The translations under genes were made by a program, and so were the position numbers. Below the pieces are notes generated by a model that was not told the origin of the DNA, did not search any database, and saw nothing but the letters and a program-made list of their open reading frames with translations. Shown one piece after another: positions 39,189-48,965 of a stretch of 63,456 bases of DNA. Numbering within the stretch: the first letter of the stretch is position 1; each line of letters begins with the position of its first letter. The DNA is from an uncultured bacterium (GTDB lineage Bacteria > UBP15 > UBA6099 > JAJRTR01), in contig CAZQSL010000005.1 of the NCBI GenBank assembly GCA_964595945.1, positions 1 to 63,456 of the forward strand, read 5' to 3'.

Positions 39189-40661
39189 TCATCTTGTGAT
39201 GGTGTCAGCATAGTTGATTATACCCTGAGAAATGGAGCGCGCGACCGATTTTCTGTATTTGTCGTCGAAGCAGAGGCTGGCGCCTTCGGAGGGATTTGAG
39301 AGGTAGCCGGTTTCGACGAGGACGGCGGGCATGGCGGTCTGCCGGAGGACAGCATAGGAACCGTATGGAGCGAGGACGGAAGGGCGTGAGCGGGTGGCGA
39401 ATGCGGCGGCGATGGTTTCGGCGGCGCGCTGGCTCTGGGGGTCGTACCAGTAGATTTCCGGGCCGGTGAGTGATTTGTCGGAGTCGCCGTTGGCGTGGAT
39501 GGAGACGAAGAGGTCGGCGCCGAATTTATTGGCTAGAGCGACGCGACGGTAGAGGTCCATCATTTCTGCGGAGGTGCCGTTGCGTGTCAGACGGACGGAA
39601 TATCCGCGCTCTCTGAGGTTGGCGGCGACGAGTTTCGAGATGGCGAGGACGACGGTGTGTTCGGTGCAGCCTGACGGGCCCGGAGCGCCGGAGGCGAAGC
39701 CCGGCGGCACGGGAGCGGGTGCGCCGTGGCCAGGGTCGAGGATGATGCGGGTCAGGGGTGAGCGGCTCGTGTTTTTGACTGTGACGGCGAAGCTGCCTGA
39801 CTTGTAGCCGGCCATGTAGCCCGCGAGTTTGACTGGCGCGGGGAGCAAGCCTTCGAGTGTGGCAGTGTCGTCGTCGCAGCGGCATGAGCCGCCGGATTTT
39901 TTGCATTGGATGCTCCACCACCAGGACTTGATGGTGCAGTGTACGCCGTGGAGTTTGAAGCTGACGGCGTCGGGTTCGATGGATGATCCGGTGATGTATG
40001 GCACGGGAAATGAAGTACGGATTGTGATGCTTGAGCCGAAGTCGTTTCGGACGGAATTTACGGACTTGATTTCAGCGAGAGCGATGCCGGATTTTTTATA
40101 CTGACTCGAAGGCAGCAGCGCCGGTGAAAGTGATTCGTCATAGACCCAGGCGAATTCCGCCGGGGTGATCTGGGCCTTGAGCCAGTGGCCCGAGCGGCCC
40201 ACGAGCTTGAGGATGCCTGAGCCGTAAGGGATGAAGCCCTGGCGGGTGAGATCGACTTTCGCGTTGAGGCCGCCGTAGGGGATGGAGCGGTAGGGGATAT
40301 TGTCGGCGACGGTGCGAGCGTAAAAAGGGCGAGCCATGGTGGGGATTTCCGAGCGCCGGAAAGCCGGAGGCATGGAGAACTTCATATCGCGCGGGCGGGC
40401 GAGCCATGCGGGGATGTAGCCCTTTTCGCCGTTTCGCAAGGCGACAGGCCACCAGCCGTCGTGTTTGGGGCCGGCGATGTGTACGAAGCAGCCGCGAAAG
40501 ACACGGTTGTCAGTCTGACCCGAGCCGGGCGAACGGTAAAGCGAGGCTTCGTCGGATGTGATTTCGAGCACCTGCCGCGCGTGGGATGAGTCGGAGGGGA
40601 TGAATACCAGCAGCAGTGTGAGCAGTGCGGGGAAAAGTGTTTTGAAATGGGTTTTTCTCAT
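39189..40661 (-). CDS. N-acetylmuramoyl-L-alanine amidase (Amidase_3) with SH3b-like domains
   Basis: Signal peptide; GWWPVAL...GYIP and WLKAQ...AWV SH3-like; ILDPGHG, E, SIHAN, VLVETGYLSN. Confidence 0.9.
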   Translation of the reverse strand: MRKTHFKTLFPALLTLLLVFIPSDSSHARQVLEITSDEASLYRSPGSGQTDNRVFRGCFVHIAGPKHDGWWPVALRNGEKGYIPAWLARPRDMKFSMPPAFRRSEIPTMARPFYARTVADNIPYRSIPYGGLNAKVDLTRQGFIPYGSGILKLVGRSGHWLKAQITPAEFAWVYDESLSPALLPSSQYKKSGIALAEIKSVNSVRNDFGSSITIRTSFPVPYITGSSIEPDAVSFKLHGVHCTIKSWWWSIQCKKSGGSCRCDDDTATLEGLLPAPVKLAGYMAGYKSGSFAVTVKNTSRSPLTRIILDPGHGAPAPVPPGFASGAPGPSGCTEHTVVLAISKLVAANLRERGYSVRLTRNGTSAEMMDLYRRVALANKFGADLFVSIHANGDSDKSLTGPEIYWYDPQSQRAAETIAAAFATRSRPSVLAPYGSYAVLRQTAMPAVLVETGYLSNPSEGASLCFDDKYRKSVARSISQGIINYADTITR

Positions 40662-40682
40662 GTAAATACCGCTGTAGGAAGA

Positions 40683-41408
40683 TCAGTCGATAATGTTCGA
40701 TTTCTTGAGGAAATCGGTGAGGCTTTCGGGGGTGGAAACAGAGCGGAGCCGGGCACGGGGGATGCCGTTGCGGTCGATGACGACATTGGTGGGAGGGTTG
40801 GAGATGTTGTAGATGCGCATGGTTTCCATTTCCTTGTCGACATTGAGACGATAGACGTCGATGAGTCCCGAGGACTGTTTCTGGACGGATTCGAGCACTG
40901 GCATCTGCTCAAGGCAGGGGTTGCACCAGTCGGCGTAAAATTCGAGGATAGTGACCGCTCCGCGTCGCGAATTGCCTGAGATGCGCTTCGTGACGGCCGT
41001 CTGCCTGAAAGGTTTGCGGTCGGCTGTGAATTTTTTGACATTGGATGGGCCGGCGGCGACTTCGACGATGCCAAGTCCCTTGTGGATGTGGATGACAGAT
41101 GGCACGAAGGCGATTTCATAGAGCATGGCGGCGCCCTTGCCGCCGTGCGACTCGACGTCGGCACTGACAAATCCCGCTGACTCCTTGCCCGCGAGTGCCC
41201 TGATGCGTGATTCTGCCTTTTTGGATTCGGGGTAGTCCTTTGAATAGAAGTAGAGATAAACATCGTCATTGGACTTCATCGCGTCGATGACCGAGGCATT
41301 GAATTTCTTAAGTGAAGAATCGTCGATCTCGGACACGGCAACGGCACGCAACGCGACCGCCGCAAGTGCCACAAGAAGAGTTATGGCCGCGAAAGTTCGT
41401 CTGTTCAT
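40683..41408 (-). CDS. Exported tandem thioredoxin-fold protein
   Basis: Signal peptide; first fold lacks CxxC (YFYSKDYPES); second fold FYADWCNPC. Confidence 0.8.
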   Translation of the reverse strand: MNRRTFAAITLLVALAAVALRAVAVSEIDDSSLKKFNASVIDAMKSNDDVYLYFYSKDYPESKKAESRIRALAGKESAGFVSADVESHGGKGAAMLYEIAFVPSVIHIHKGLGIVEVAAGPSNVKKFTADRKPFRQTAVTKRISGNSRRGAVTILEFYADWCNPCLEQMPVLESVQKQSSGLIDVYRLNVDKEMETMRIYNISNPPTNVVIDRNGIPRARLRSVSTPESLTDFLKKSNIID

Positions 41409-41661
41409 TACTATAGTGCTCCGTTCGGATGGCTCCCTATCCGCCATGTGGTAAATACTGGCGAAAGCCACCGGCATTTGTAGTGTAACCATATATGTAT
41501 ATTTTGACAAAGGAAAATACACCAGGTGCGAAAAAAATGACAAATCCTTTGCCGGAGGGCGGGATAATATAGTGTCCGGTCACAAAACCGGATGCCCTGG
41601 CCGGCCATGTGCGCGGCTGCGGCACAAATATATGCAAAATTTGACCGCGGAGGAAACGAAA

Positions 41662-42420
41662 GTGAAAAGTCTTATCAAAATGGGGATCGTTGCGTCATGT
41701 GCAATCATGATTTCGGCAAGCGCCATGTCGGCGCCTTTAAAAGCGGCAAAATCCGCCGACGCGCCACAGTCAAGCGAATTCAGGGGCGTTGTGAGCGCAT
41801 CCTACTGGATGGGCGACTATTCATCGGACGGTGACTCTGGCGACGCGAAATTCGTACCCGTGATCACTGGCAACTATCAGGTGAGCGGCGAATACTACGC
41901 TATCGCAAGATATGGAAAATCGAAAGACTTCACCGTCAGCGATGAGGAAATGAACACTAAATTCCTTGATTTCGGCGTGATGAAAACCTTCGCCGATCAG
42001 CCCTACTATGCTTTTCTGATCAAAAAGACCACAAAAACGTCAGAGTCATGGACAGGTGCGGTGGGCAATAGCAAGTTCGACGGCTATGCGGTCGGCGCCG
42101 GATATATCAACAAATTCGAAGGCCAGCCCTACACTGCTGAAATCAATGTCACCTACGGCCCCAAACTCGACGCATCCGGTAGTTCGACCATCGGCGGCAT
42201 CTACAGCACGATGGATGGCGACGCAAAATATACCGCAATCGACCTCAAGGTCACTTATGACCTCGGCTCCGACAAAAACTATACCCCATTCCTCGGCTAC
42301 AGACAGGAGAAGTATTCCTGCAACGACATCACCGTGACAACCGGCACCACACAGACGGTCGTGACCGGCCTCGAAGACACCTACAAGGGTTTTTACGGCG
42401 GCATCGATTACAAATTCTAA
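41662..42420 (+). CDS. Probable outer-membrane beta-barrel protein
   Basis: Signal peptide; Gly/Tyr/Thr-rich alternating strands; C-terminal YGGIDYKF beta-signal; own terminator. Confidence 0.75.
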   Translation: MKSLIKMGIVASCAIMISASAMSAPLKAAKSADAPQSSEFRGVVSASYWMGDYSSDGDSGDAKFVPVITGNYQVSGEYYAIARYGKSKDFTVSDEEMNTKFLDFGVMKTFADQPYYAFLIKKTTKTSESWTGAVGNSKFDGYAVGAGYINKFEGQPYTAEINVTYGPKLDASGSSTIGGIYSTMDGDAKYTAIDLKVTYDLGSDKNYTPFLGYRQEKYSCNDITVTTGTTQTVVTGLEDTYKGFYGGIDYKF

Positions 42421-42446
42421 TGACACGACAAATCACGCGGCACCAC

Positions 42447-42475
42447 AAAACGCCTCTGCAAAGGGGCGTTTTTTT
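42447..42475 (+). terminator. Intrinsic terminator
   Basis: AAAACGCCTCT-GCAA-AGGGGCGTTTT plus U-tract. Confidence 0.88.
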
Positions 42476-42693
42476 ATTGTCCTGATCAGAAGCGGCACCT
42501 GCCAGGCGGATTGCCCGCTACCGGAGTTTGTTGACAAAAATCACATGATTCCTTGATTTTTTCGATTTTGTATACCACTATATTTTATAGTGGATAATCT
42601 GTGCCTTGAATCAAGTTGTCAATATACCGGAACAGTCCGGTCATCGTGGCAAACGACAGCGCAGAAAAATTCGTAAAGAAGGTGTTTTTACTA

Positions 42694-43074
42694 ATGGCTA
42701 CAAAAAAGACAGAAAAAACAACAAAAGCAGCAGAACCCAAACCCGCGAAGAGGGCATACGTCAGAAAAGCATGCGCAGCTCCTGCCGCCGAAGCTCCGGC
42801 GTCTGTGGAATGTACCGCTGAAAAGAAGAAAGTCGCATTCGCGATAGACGTACCCCTCGCAGGCAGCGTGTTTGTCGCCGGCAGCTTCAACAATTGGGAC
42901 CCGCAGAAAACTGCCATGAAAAAGGACAAAAAAGGCGTCTGGACAAAATCGCTCTCGCTCGAACCCGGCACTTATGAATATAAATTCATCGTCGACGGCG
43001 AATGGGTGAATGACCCGGCCAACGCCAACAAGGTCACTAACGAATTCGGCACAAACGACATTATCACTGTCTGA
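42694..43074 (+). CDS. Glycogen-binding (CBM48/AMPK-beta-like) domain protein
   Basis: VFVAGSFNNW, GVWTKSLSL.PG.YEYKFIVDGEWVNDP; Lys/Ala-rich N-terminal tail. Confidence 0.9.
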   Translation: MATKKTEKTTKAAEPKPAKRAYVRKACAAPAAEAPASVECTAEKKKVAFAIDVPLAGSVFVAGSFNNWDPQKTAMKKDKKGVWTKSLSLEPGTYEYKFIVDGEWVNDPANANKVTNEFGTNDIITV

Positions 43075-43224
43075 GAAGTACAGGGATCAGGCGCCAGCGG
43101 CAATCCACCACAGAGCCAACCCCTGCGGCGGAACATTGGATATGCACCTTTCCGGCCGGATGAACTCATTGTCCGGATGGGTATTACGTCCGTTAAAATC
43201 CACCAATAGACAGGATCACAAGTC

Positions 43225-45189
43225 ATGAATAAACAGACTCCGGTTGCGATCAAGACGATACTTCTCATCGTCGCTATCGCCGGTTTTGTGTCTTCAGGTT
43301 ATGTGCTGTACAGGCGCGCCGGCTATGAAATGGCATCAAAAACGGTGCGGATTGTAATGGATTCGCGCTCCATAGCCGCCGCGCAGCCGCCGGGCATGTC
43401 TAACGAAGACGCGCTTGCCGAATTCAGAAAACTCGGCATCGACACGGTCGGCGTCTATGAGTATTCGGCTAAAAAGCTCGTACGCGGGCGCACTCTCGGC
43501 ATGTACGAAAGCCCCGCGATATATGGCGGAAAATCACGGCCGGGCATGTTGCTCAAAGGCGATGCCATCTATGAAATCCCCGCGATGAATGATATGCTCA
43601 GCGCATATTTCGGGACAAAGCCTTGTTACATGAATGAAAAAGCCGGCTGGCGCGAATGCAATATCCCCGCCATCGGTTCCGACCAGCTCGAAAAGCTGTC
43701 ATTCGGACTCGAACCCGTGCCGTCTGCCATGAAAGCAGCTCCCCGACTCTACAATACCCCATTCGAGACGAAAGAATCCATCGCTCTCAAGATCGCGCAG
43801 GCCGCGGACGCAAACGCTGCCGGCATTATCATTTTTGACGGCGACGCGGTACTCGGCTATCCCAATCTGACCGGCGTGACGGCAGAAGAAGTGCTGAAAC
43901 ACGACAATCTACTCGTCGGCTATCTCGAACTATCGGGCCAGGATGGCGAAAAGCCTCTGGCATCGAAGTTGCGTGACCGGATCGTCGAGGTGCATGGCAT
44001 ACCCGAAGAGGAAATGGCTGTCACGCCTCCAGCGAAAGCTGTCGCGCGATTTCGCCGCGCGGTGCGTGAGCGTGGCATCAGAGTGCTTTATGTGAGACTT
44101 TACCCGGCTCTCGGCGGATTGCAGCCGCAGGAGTCATTCGCCAAAAATGTCGAATATGTGAAATCAATCAAGGAAGCGATTGAAAATGACGGTTACACAC
44201 TTGGACAGGTGAAGCCGCTGCCGCCATTCGAGACCGATGTTAAGATCAGAGTCGCGCGCGCCATGACGGTGGCCGGAGCGGTGGCGCTCGTGGCGCTGCT
44301 GCTGGCGCTGACAGGTGTCAGCCTGCCGGTGTGGCTGATCGCGGCGGGGCTGGCCGGAGGGCTTGGCGCTCCGATGGCGCTGGCCACGGGAGGCAGTCTG
44401 TCGGTAATGGTCTTCAAGCTTGCGGGGCTTGCGGTGGCGTGTTTGGTGCCCGCACTCGCAGTAGTCGTTTTTTTCCTGCCCGAAGACCGGAAATATGACG
44501 GGTCAGGCCTGATTTTCAAAAACAACGCCGTCGCTTTCGTCGCTGCTACAGCCATAACGATGGCTGGCGGCATGATGTTGGCCGCGATGATTTCCGAACG
44601 TGTATTTTTCCTCAGGATAGCTGTCTTCTCGGGCGTCAAGCTGGCATTTGTCATGCCACTCGCGATCATCGCACTGTACTATCTCAGCCGCACGAAAGAG
44701 GGTGCGCTCGAATTTCTCTCGTCGAATGTCAGATATGTCGAAATAGTGGCCGGAGTGCTTGCGGTCGCCGCCCTTGCCATCTATATCATGAGGTCGGGCA
44801 ACAACAGTCCGGCTGAGGCGAGCGCGGTGGAGTCTGCACTGAGGCTGAAACTCGAAGACATATTCATCGCGCGGCCGCGGACCAAGGAATTTCTGATCGG
44901 ACATCCGGCGCTGTTGCTCGCGGGCCTGTTCCCCTTTGCCAAAAAGCGTTATACGGTGCTGCTCGTGCTGCTTGCGGGCGTGATCGGACAGATCAGCGTG
45001 ATGAACACCTTTTGCCACGCGCATACGCCGATCATGCTGACGTGGTTCCGTGTTTCGCTCGGAGTACTGCTCGGTCTGGCGGTGGGGACTGGGCTGCGGC
45101 TTGTGCTCGCTCCGGTACTGTTCCTGATTTCGGCGGACGGCTGGTCATGGTATCCTCAGAAGGACAGCCGTGACCGAAGAGAATCATAG
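43225..45189 (+). CDS. DUF5693-like membrane protein (usually csaB-associated)
   Basis: RERGIRVLYVR, FSGVKL, RPRTKEFLIGHP, NTFCHAHTP motifs recalled from this family; multi-TM C-half. Confidence 0.75.
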   Translation: MNKQTPVAIKTILLIVAIAGFVSSGYVLYRRAGYEMASKTVRIVMDSRSIAAAQPPGMSNEDALAEFRKLGIDTVGVYEYSAKKLVRGRTLGMYESPAIYGGKSRPGMLLKGDAIYEIPAMNDMLSAYFGTKPCYMNEKAGWRECNIPAIGSDQLEKLSFGLEPVPSAMKAAPRLYNTPFETKESIALKIAQAADANAAGIIIFDGDAVLGYPNLTGVTAEEVLKHDNLLVGYLELSGQDGEKPLASKLRDRIVEVHGIPEEEMAVTPPAKAVARFRRAVRERGIRVLYVRLYPALGGLQPQESFAKNVEYVKSIKEAIENDGYTLGQVKPLPPFETDVKIRVARAMTVAGAVALVALLLALTGVSLPVWLIAAGLAGGLGAPMALATGGSLSVMVFKLAGLAVACLVPALAVVVFFLPEDRKYDGSGLIFKNNAVAFVAATAITMAGGMMLAAMISERVFFLRIAVFSGVKLAFVMPLAIIALYYLSRTKEGALEFLSSNVRYVEIVAGVLAVAALAIYIMRSGNNSPAEASAVESALRLKLEDIFIARPRTKEFLIGHPALLLAGLFPFAKKRYTVLLVLLAGVIGQISVMNTFCHAHTPIMLTWFRVSLGVLLGLAVGTGLRLVLAPVLFLISADGWSWYPQKDSRDRRES

Positions 45190-45296
45190 TGCTTGTGTGC
45201 GATGCCCTTTAGAGTATAGAATAGTACATCATAATATCCGGCGGGACTCCGGGCCGGAAGCTGCGGCGAAAAACCTGGGACGGTGGCAAGGCGATA

Positions 45297-45881
45297 ATGA
45301 AACCGCGCAACCCATATCTGCTGATCATGCGGGACATCATTGTCTCGCCGTTCACGTTTTTTCGCAGGATGCCCCTGACGGAGGGCGTCAAGACGGCCAC
45401 ATATTACGCCCTCATCATCTATGTGATCAAATCAGCGGTGTTTTTTTTCATGAGCTGGCGGCAGGGATTTTTCTTTTCCGAAGAATTCAGGGCGATCCCG
45501 CCGGTGACGATAGGTTCGGGGATATTTCTCGCGATGGTGCCGTTTCTGCTGCTGCTGATATTGTATGCACAGTCGGTTTTCCTGTTCCGGATAGCCAATT
45601 TTTTCGGCGGCATCGCCAATCTTGAGGCAGCGTACAAGATACTCGCGTATTGCCTGATATTTTCGCTCCTGCAATTTGTGCCGATCGTCAATATCGCCGC
45701 CAAGGTCTACGGCATCTGCATAATTATCATTGGCATCAGGGAAGTGTTCAATATCGACTATCTTTCGGCAGCGCTGTCGCTGCTGTTTTCGTTTTTGTTC
45801 ACGACCGTGCTGTATATTATATTGTTAATAATACCGATGTATTTCTTCCATTTTTTCATGATGACGGCAAGTCCGTTCTGA
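45297..45881 (+). CDS. YIP1 family membrane protein
   Basis: DIIVSPFTFFRRM start, AAYKILAY, five hydrophobic helices. Confidence 0.75.
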   Translation: MKPRNPYLLIMRDIIVSPFTFFRRMPLTEGVKTATYYALIIYVIKSAVFFFMSWRQGFFFSEEFRAIPPVTIGSGIFLAMVPFLLLLILYAQSVFLFRIANFFGGIANLEAAYKILAYCLIFSLLQFVPIVNIAAKVYGICIIIIGIREVFNIDYLSAALSLLFSFLFTTVLYIILLIIPMYFFHFFMMTASPF

Positions 45882-45911
45882 CTTGCGGGCGGGCGCGAAA
45901 CCGAAAGCTGT

Positions 45912-45941
45912 TTGACACTATTCCACAATCAAAGTTAGAAT
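45912..45941 (+). promoter_or_regulatory. Sigma70-type promoter
   Basis: TTGACA-N18-TAGAAT. Confidence 0.6.
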
Positions 45942-45981
45942 TACGGAATTCTGCCATATATGGCACAAAGGCGTACAGCGT

Positions 45982-47625
45982 ATGGATACACTTGCGATAT
46001 TGACAGCGGCAGCGGCAGCAGTGTCGGCAATGCTGGCTGTAGTGGCATTGGGACACGGGATGAGGCGCCGGGGCGCCGGGACACCCCTTATAGTGGCCGG
46101 AGCGATAATACTTGCCGGAGCAGGCTGGATATGTCTCGGAGGGCTGCCCGGCGGCGCTGGAGTAGCGTCACTCTTCGCGGTGGCATGCTGGACGCTCGGC
46201 TATGTCATCACCTCGCGCGGCACGTGGGTGTTTCCATCGGTCGGAATAGGTGCGCTGTTTGTTTTTGTGACGACAGCGGCAGTACTTGTGCTCGATCCCG
46301 TCCTGCCTCGCGACTCCGCATCGGGATGGATTGTCAATACGCTCGGCATCTGCGTCTCTGCGGCGGCCATCGCAGCAGCCGTGGCGCGCAAAGGCCCTGG
46401 ACGTCACTATTTTATGCAGGCGGCTGTTTTCATGCTCCTGCATTACCTTGCCCCAGTCGCCGAATACACATTGGCGATACAGGCCCTACCCGTGTGGGCA
46501 TCGCCTCTCGCGATGGTCATCGCCATCGCTTCGATGTTTTACTATCAGGACGCCATCAGCCTGCATGACCCGAGAGAAGACTCGGTGACGGTTGTCGACA
46601 AGGCATTCTGTTACGATGTCGCGTCGGCAGCCCTCAAAAAGCTCGAACAGGTCGGCGGGGCGACCGGCGCGGATTTCGAAAACTATGCCCGGGCATTTGC
46701 GGAAACGCTCATCGACGGAGGCTGGTACACGAGGATTTTCCTCGGCCGCGAAGACAAGCCGCGCGGACGCTGCCTTTTTACGGATGAATTTCTCGCGCCA
46801 CCAGAAGACGACACAAGTTCGTACGGCGTGATCACAACGTTCAGCCTGCCGAGCGCGGTATGCCTCGAAGCATTTGAAAACGGCAGGTCGCTGCTGGTGG
46901 AGTCCTCGGCCTCGGCGACGGTGAAGGCTGCCTTTTCGCGCATCGGCATCGAAGCGGCCATCATCGTGCCGCTCCCGGATATAGAGGCCGGAGCCGCCAT
47001 GCTGCTCATTGGCATGAGGGGCGACGATCTTGTGCCGGATGTCAACGATGCGCTCAGGCTCGACGGCGTCGCGTCGCATCTCGCGGCCTATCGCCCGAAG
47101 CAGACGCTCGCCACGGAGTCCGACGCCCCTGCTTCCCCGGGTTCGGTCGATACCGTGACCGGCGTCCGCAGCTTCACCGCTTTTCAGCAGATACTTGGTG
47201 AAGAAATGATGGAAGCCGACAAAAACGGCACAGCCTTCGGGCTCCTGTTTGTCGATTTTGATCACTATTCGGACGTCAACCGGCGCGTCGGCTATGACCA
47301 GGCCGATAAAATACTGCGTGATGTAGCCGTCAAACTCAGTTCTTATGCCATGAAAGGCTGCGTAGGCCGCATAGGTTCGGACGAACTCGCCGCCCTGCTC
47401 AAAACCGGCGCGGATGACGCCCGCCAACTCGTAGAAACCATCGTCAGCGAAATGAACGAATCTCTGAAAAACGAATATCCCGAAGCGGTGGCTACAATGT
47501 CCGCCGCCTATACGATATATCCGATCGACTTCTGCGAACAGACGGCGGTATTCGGTAAACTGCGCGAAATGCTCAGTTCGGGCGATCCCATGCCGGGACA
47601 CATTGTCAGGGTCAAGGTCGGATAG
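45982..47625 (+). CDS. Membrane protein with GAF-like and degenerate GGDEF domains
   Basis: About 6 TMs; DTVTGV, LLFVDFD, RIGSDEL in place of RxGGDEF. Confidence 0.75.
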   Translation: MDTLAILTAAAAAVSAMLAVVALGHGMRRRGAGTPLIVAGAIILAGAGWICLGGLPGGAGVASLFAVACWTLGYVITSRGTWVFPSVGIGALFVFVTTAAVLVLDPVLPRDSASGWIVNTLGICVSAAAIAAAVARKGPGRHYFMQAAVFMLLHYLAPVAEYTLAIQALPVWASPLAMVIAIASMFYYQDAISLHDPREDSVTVVDKAFCYDVASAALKKLEQVGGATGADFENYARAFAETLIDGGWYTRIFLGREDKPRGRCLFTDEFLAPPEDDTSSYGVITTFSLPSAVCLEAFENGRSLLVESSASATVKAAFSRIGIEAAIIVPLPDIEAGAAMLLIGMRGDDLVPDVNDALRLDGVASHLAAYRPKQTLATESDAPASPGSVDTVTGVRSFTAFQQILGEEMMEADKNGTAFGLLFVDFDHYSDVNRRVGYDQADKILRDVAVKLSSYAMKGCVGRIGSDELAALLKTGADDARQLVETIVSEMNESLKNEYPEAVATMSAAYTIYPIDFCEQTAVFGKLREMLSSGDPMPGHIVRVKVG

Positions 47626-47656
47626 ATGCCGGTATATTCTCCGGCAGGTAACAATA

Positions 47657-48925
47657 ATGACTAATATTTTATACATCGACTGCTTCTCAGGCATCAGTGG
47701 CGATATGTTCCTCGCTGCCATGTTCGACCTCGGGCTTCCTTTCGATCAGTGGAAATCTGAAATCGGCAGGCTCAGGCTGCCTGACGGGGTCGATTTCCAT
47801 GTAGATTCCGTCGTCCGAAAAGGCATTTCCGCCAAGACTTTCACCGTCACCGAACCTGTCCATCATCCCCACGGCCACCATGCCCATACTCACGGGCATG
47901 AGCATCGACACAATCATGATCACGAACACGCCCCCCGGCATGGGCGCCGCCTCGCCGACATGCTCGCAATGCTCGACGGCATTTCACCTTCCGCTAAATC
48001 AAAAACCGCAAAAGCCCTCACCCGCATCGCCACAGTCGAGGCGGCCATACACGGCAAACCCGTCGATGAGGTGCATTTCCATGAACTCAGCGGCATAGAC
48101 ACGATCGTCGATGTAGCCGGCGCGTTCATCGCGCTCGATATCATGGGATTTGACAAGGTCATCTGCGCGCCCGTGAATGTCGGCACCGGCACAGTCGAAT
48201 GCGCGCACGGGATCATGCCCGTGCCTGCTCCTGCTACGGCCGCGTTGCTCGCCGGCTGTCCCGTCTATGCGCAGTTCGACGGCGAGATGACGACTCCTAC
48301 AGGCGCTCTGATAGTGACCGAGACAGCTTGTTCCTTCGGCCCCATGCCCGGGATGAATATCGTCACGATCGGATATGGCGCGGGCGGACGGGAGTGCGCC
48401 CATGCCAATGTACTGAGGCTCTTTTCCGGCACCGACGGAGCAAAAGCCTCCAACGATCTCCCGGACAGCGTGTACATCGCATCCGCAAACATCGACGACA
48501 TGGACCCGCGCGTGTGCGGCTATCTGATGGAACGCCTCTTCAGGGGCGGCGCGCTCGATGTATTCATCCAGCCGGTACAGATGAAGAAAAACAGGCCGGG
48601 GATCACTTTCAGCGTGATGTGCGACGCGGCGTTTCTCCCGGTTGCAGTAGATATGCTGATGAAGGAAACACCGACGCTCGGTGTGCGCGTCAACGAATGC
48701 GCGAGGTATTGCGCGGAACGAAAGATCGAAGTGATCGAAACGACACTTGGCCCGCTGCGTGTTAAAATCGCCGAATGGGAAGGCAAGGTACTCCGCGTAT
48801 CGCCGGAATTCGACGACTGCGCGCGCCTCGCGAGGCGCGCGGGTATCCCCGTAGCGGATATCGTGAAAATACTCACCGCTGAGGCGGAGTCCGCTTGCAT
48901 GTCTCGCGGCGACGGGACAAAATGA
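47657..48925 (+). CDS. larC: Nickel pincer cofactor biosynthesis protein LarC
   Basis: DCFSGISGDM, His-rich linker, VHFHELSGIDTIVD, PVPAPAT, TTPTG, ANIDDM, MKKNRPG, TLGVR, PEFDDC. Confidence 0.95.
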   Translation: MTNILYIDCFSGISGDMFLAAMFDLGLPFDQWKSEIGRLRLPDGVDFHVDSVVRKGISAKTFTVTEPVHHPHGHHAHTHGHEHRHNHDHEHAPRHGRRLADMLAMLDGISPSAKSKTAKALTRIATVEAAIHGKPVDEVHFHELSGIDTIVDVAGAFIALDIMGFDKVICAPVNVGTGTVECAHGIMPVPAPATAALLAGCPVYAQFDGEMTTPTGALIVTETACSFGPMPGMNIVTIGYGAGGRECAHANVLRLFSGTDGAKASNDLPDSVYIASANIDDMDPRVCGYLMERLFRGGALDVFIQPVQMKKNRPGITFSVMCDAAFLPVAVDMLMKETPTLGVRVNECARYCAERKIEVIETTLGPLRVKIAEWEGKVLRVSPEFDDCARLARRAGIPVADIVKILTAEAESACMSRGDGTK

Positions 48926-48965
48926 TACACGGCGGGCGCGTCATGCCCGCAGATGGGATATTGGC

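Noticed and set aside
41420-41660. Possible riboswitch in the leader of the beta-barrel gene
   Set aside because: No match to c-di-GMP, cobalamin, TPP or other consensus motifs that I can recognise
46486-47721. 411-aa antisense ORF over the GGDEF gene (and 54536-55717 over the cyclase)
   Set aside because: Shadow ORFs of supported genes
47860-47945. His-rich low-complexity tract in larC
   Set aside because: A known Ni-binding feature of LarC; not novel
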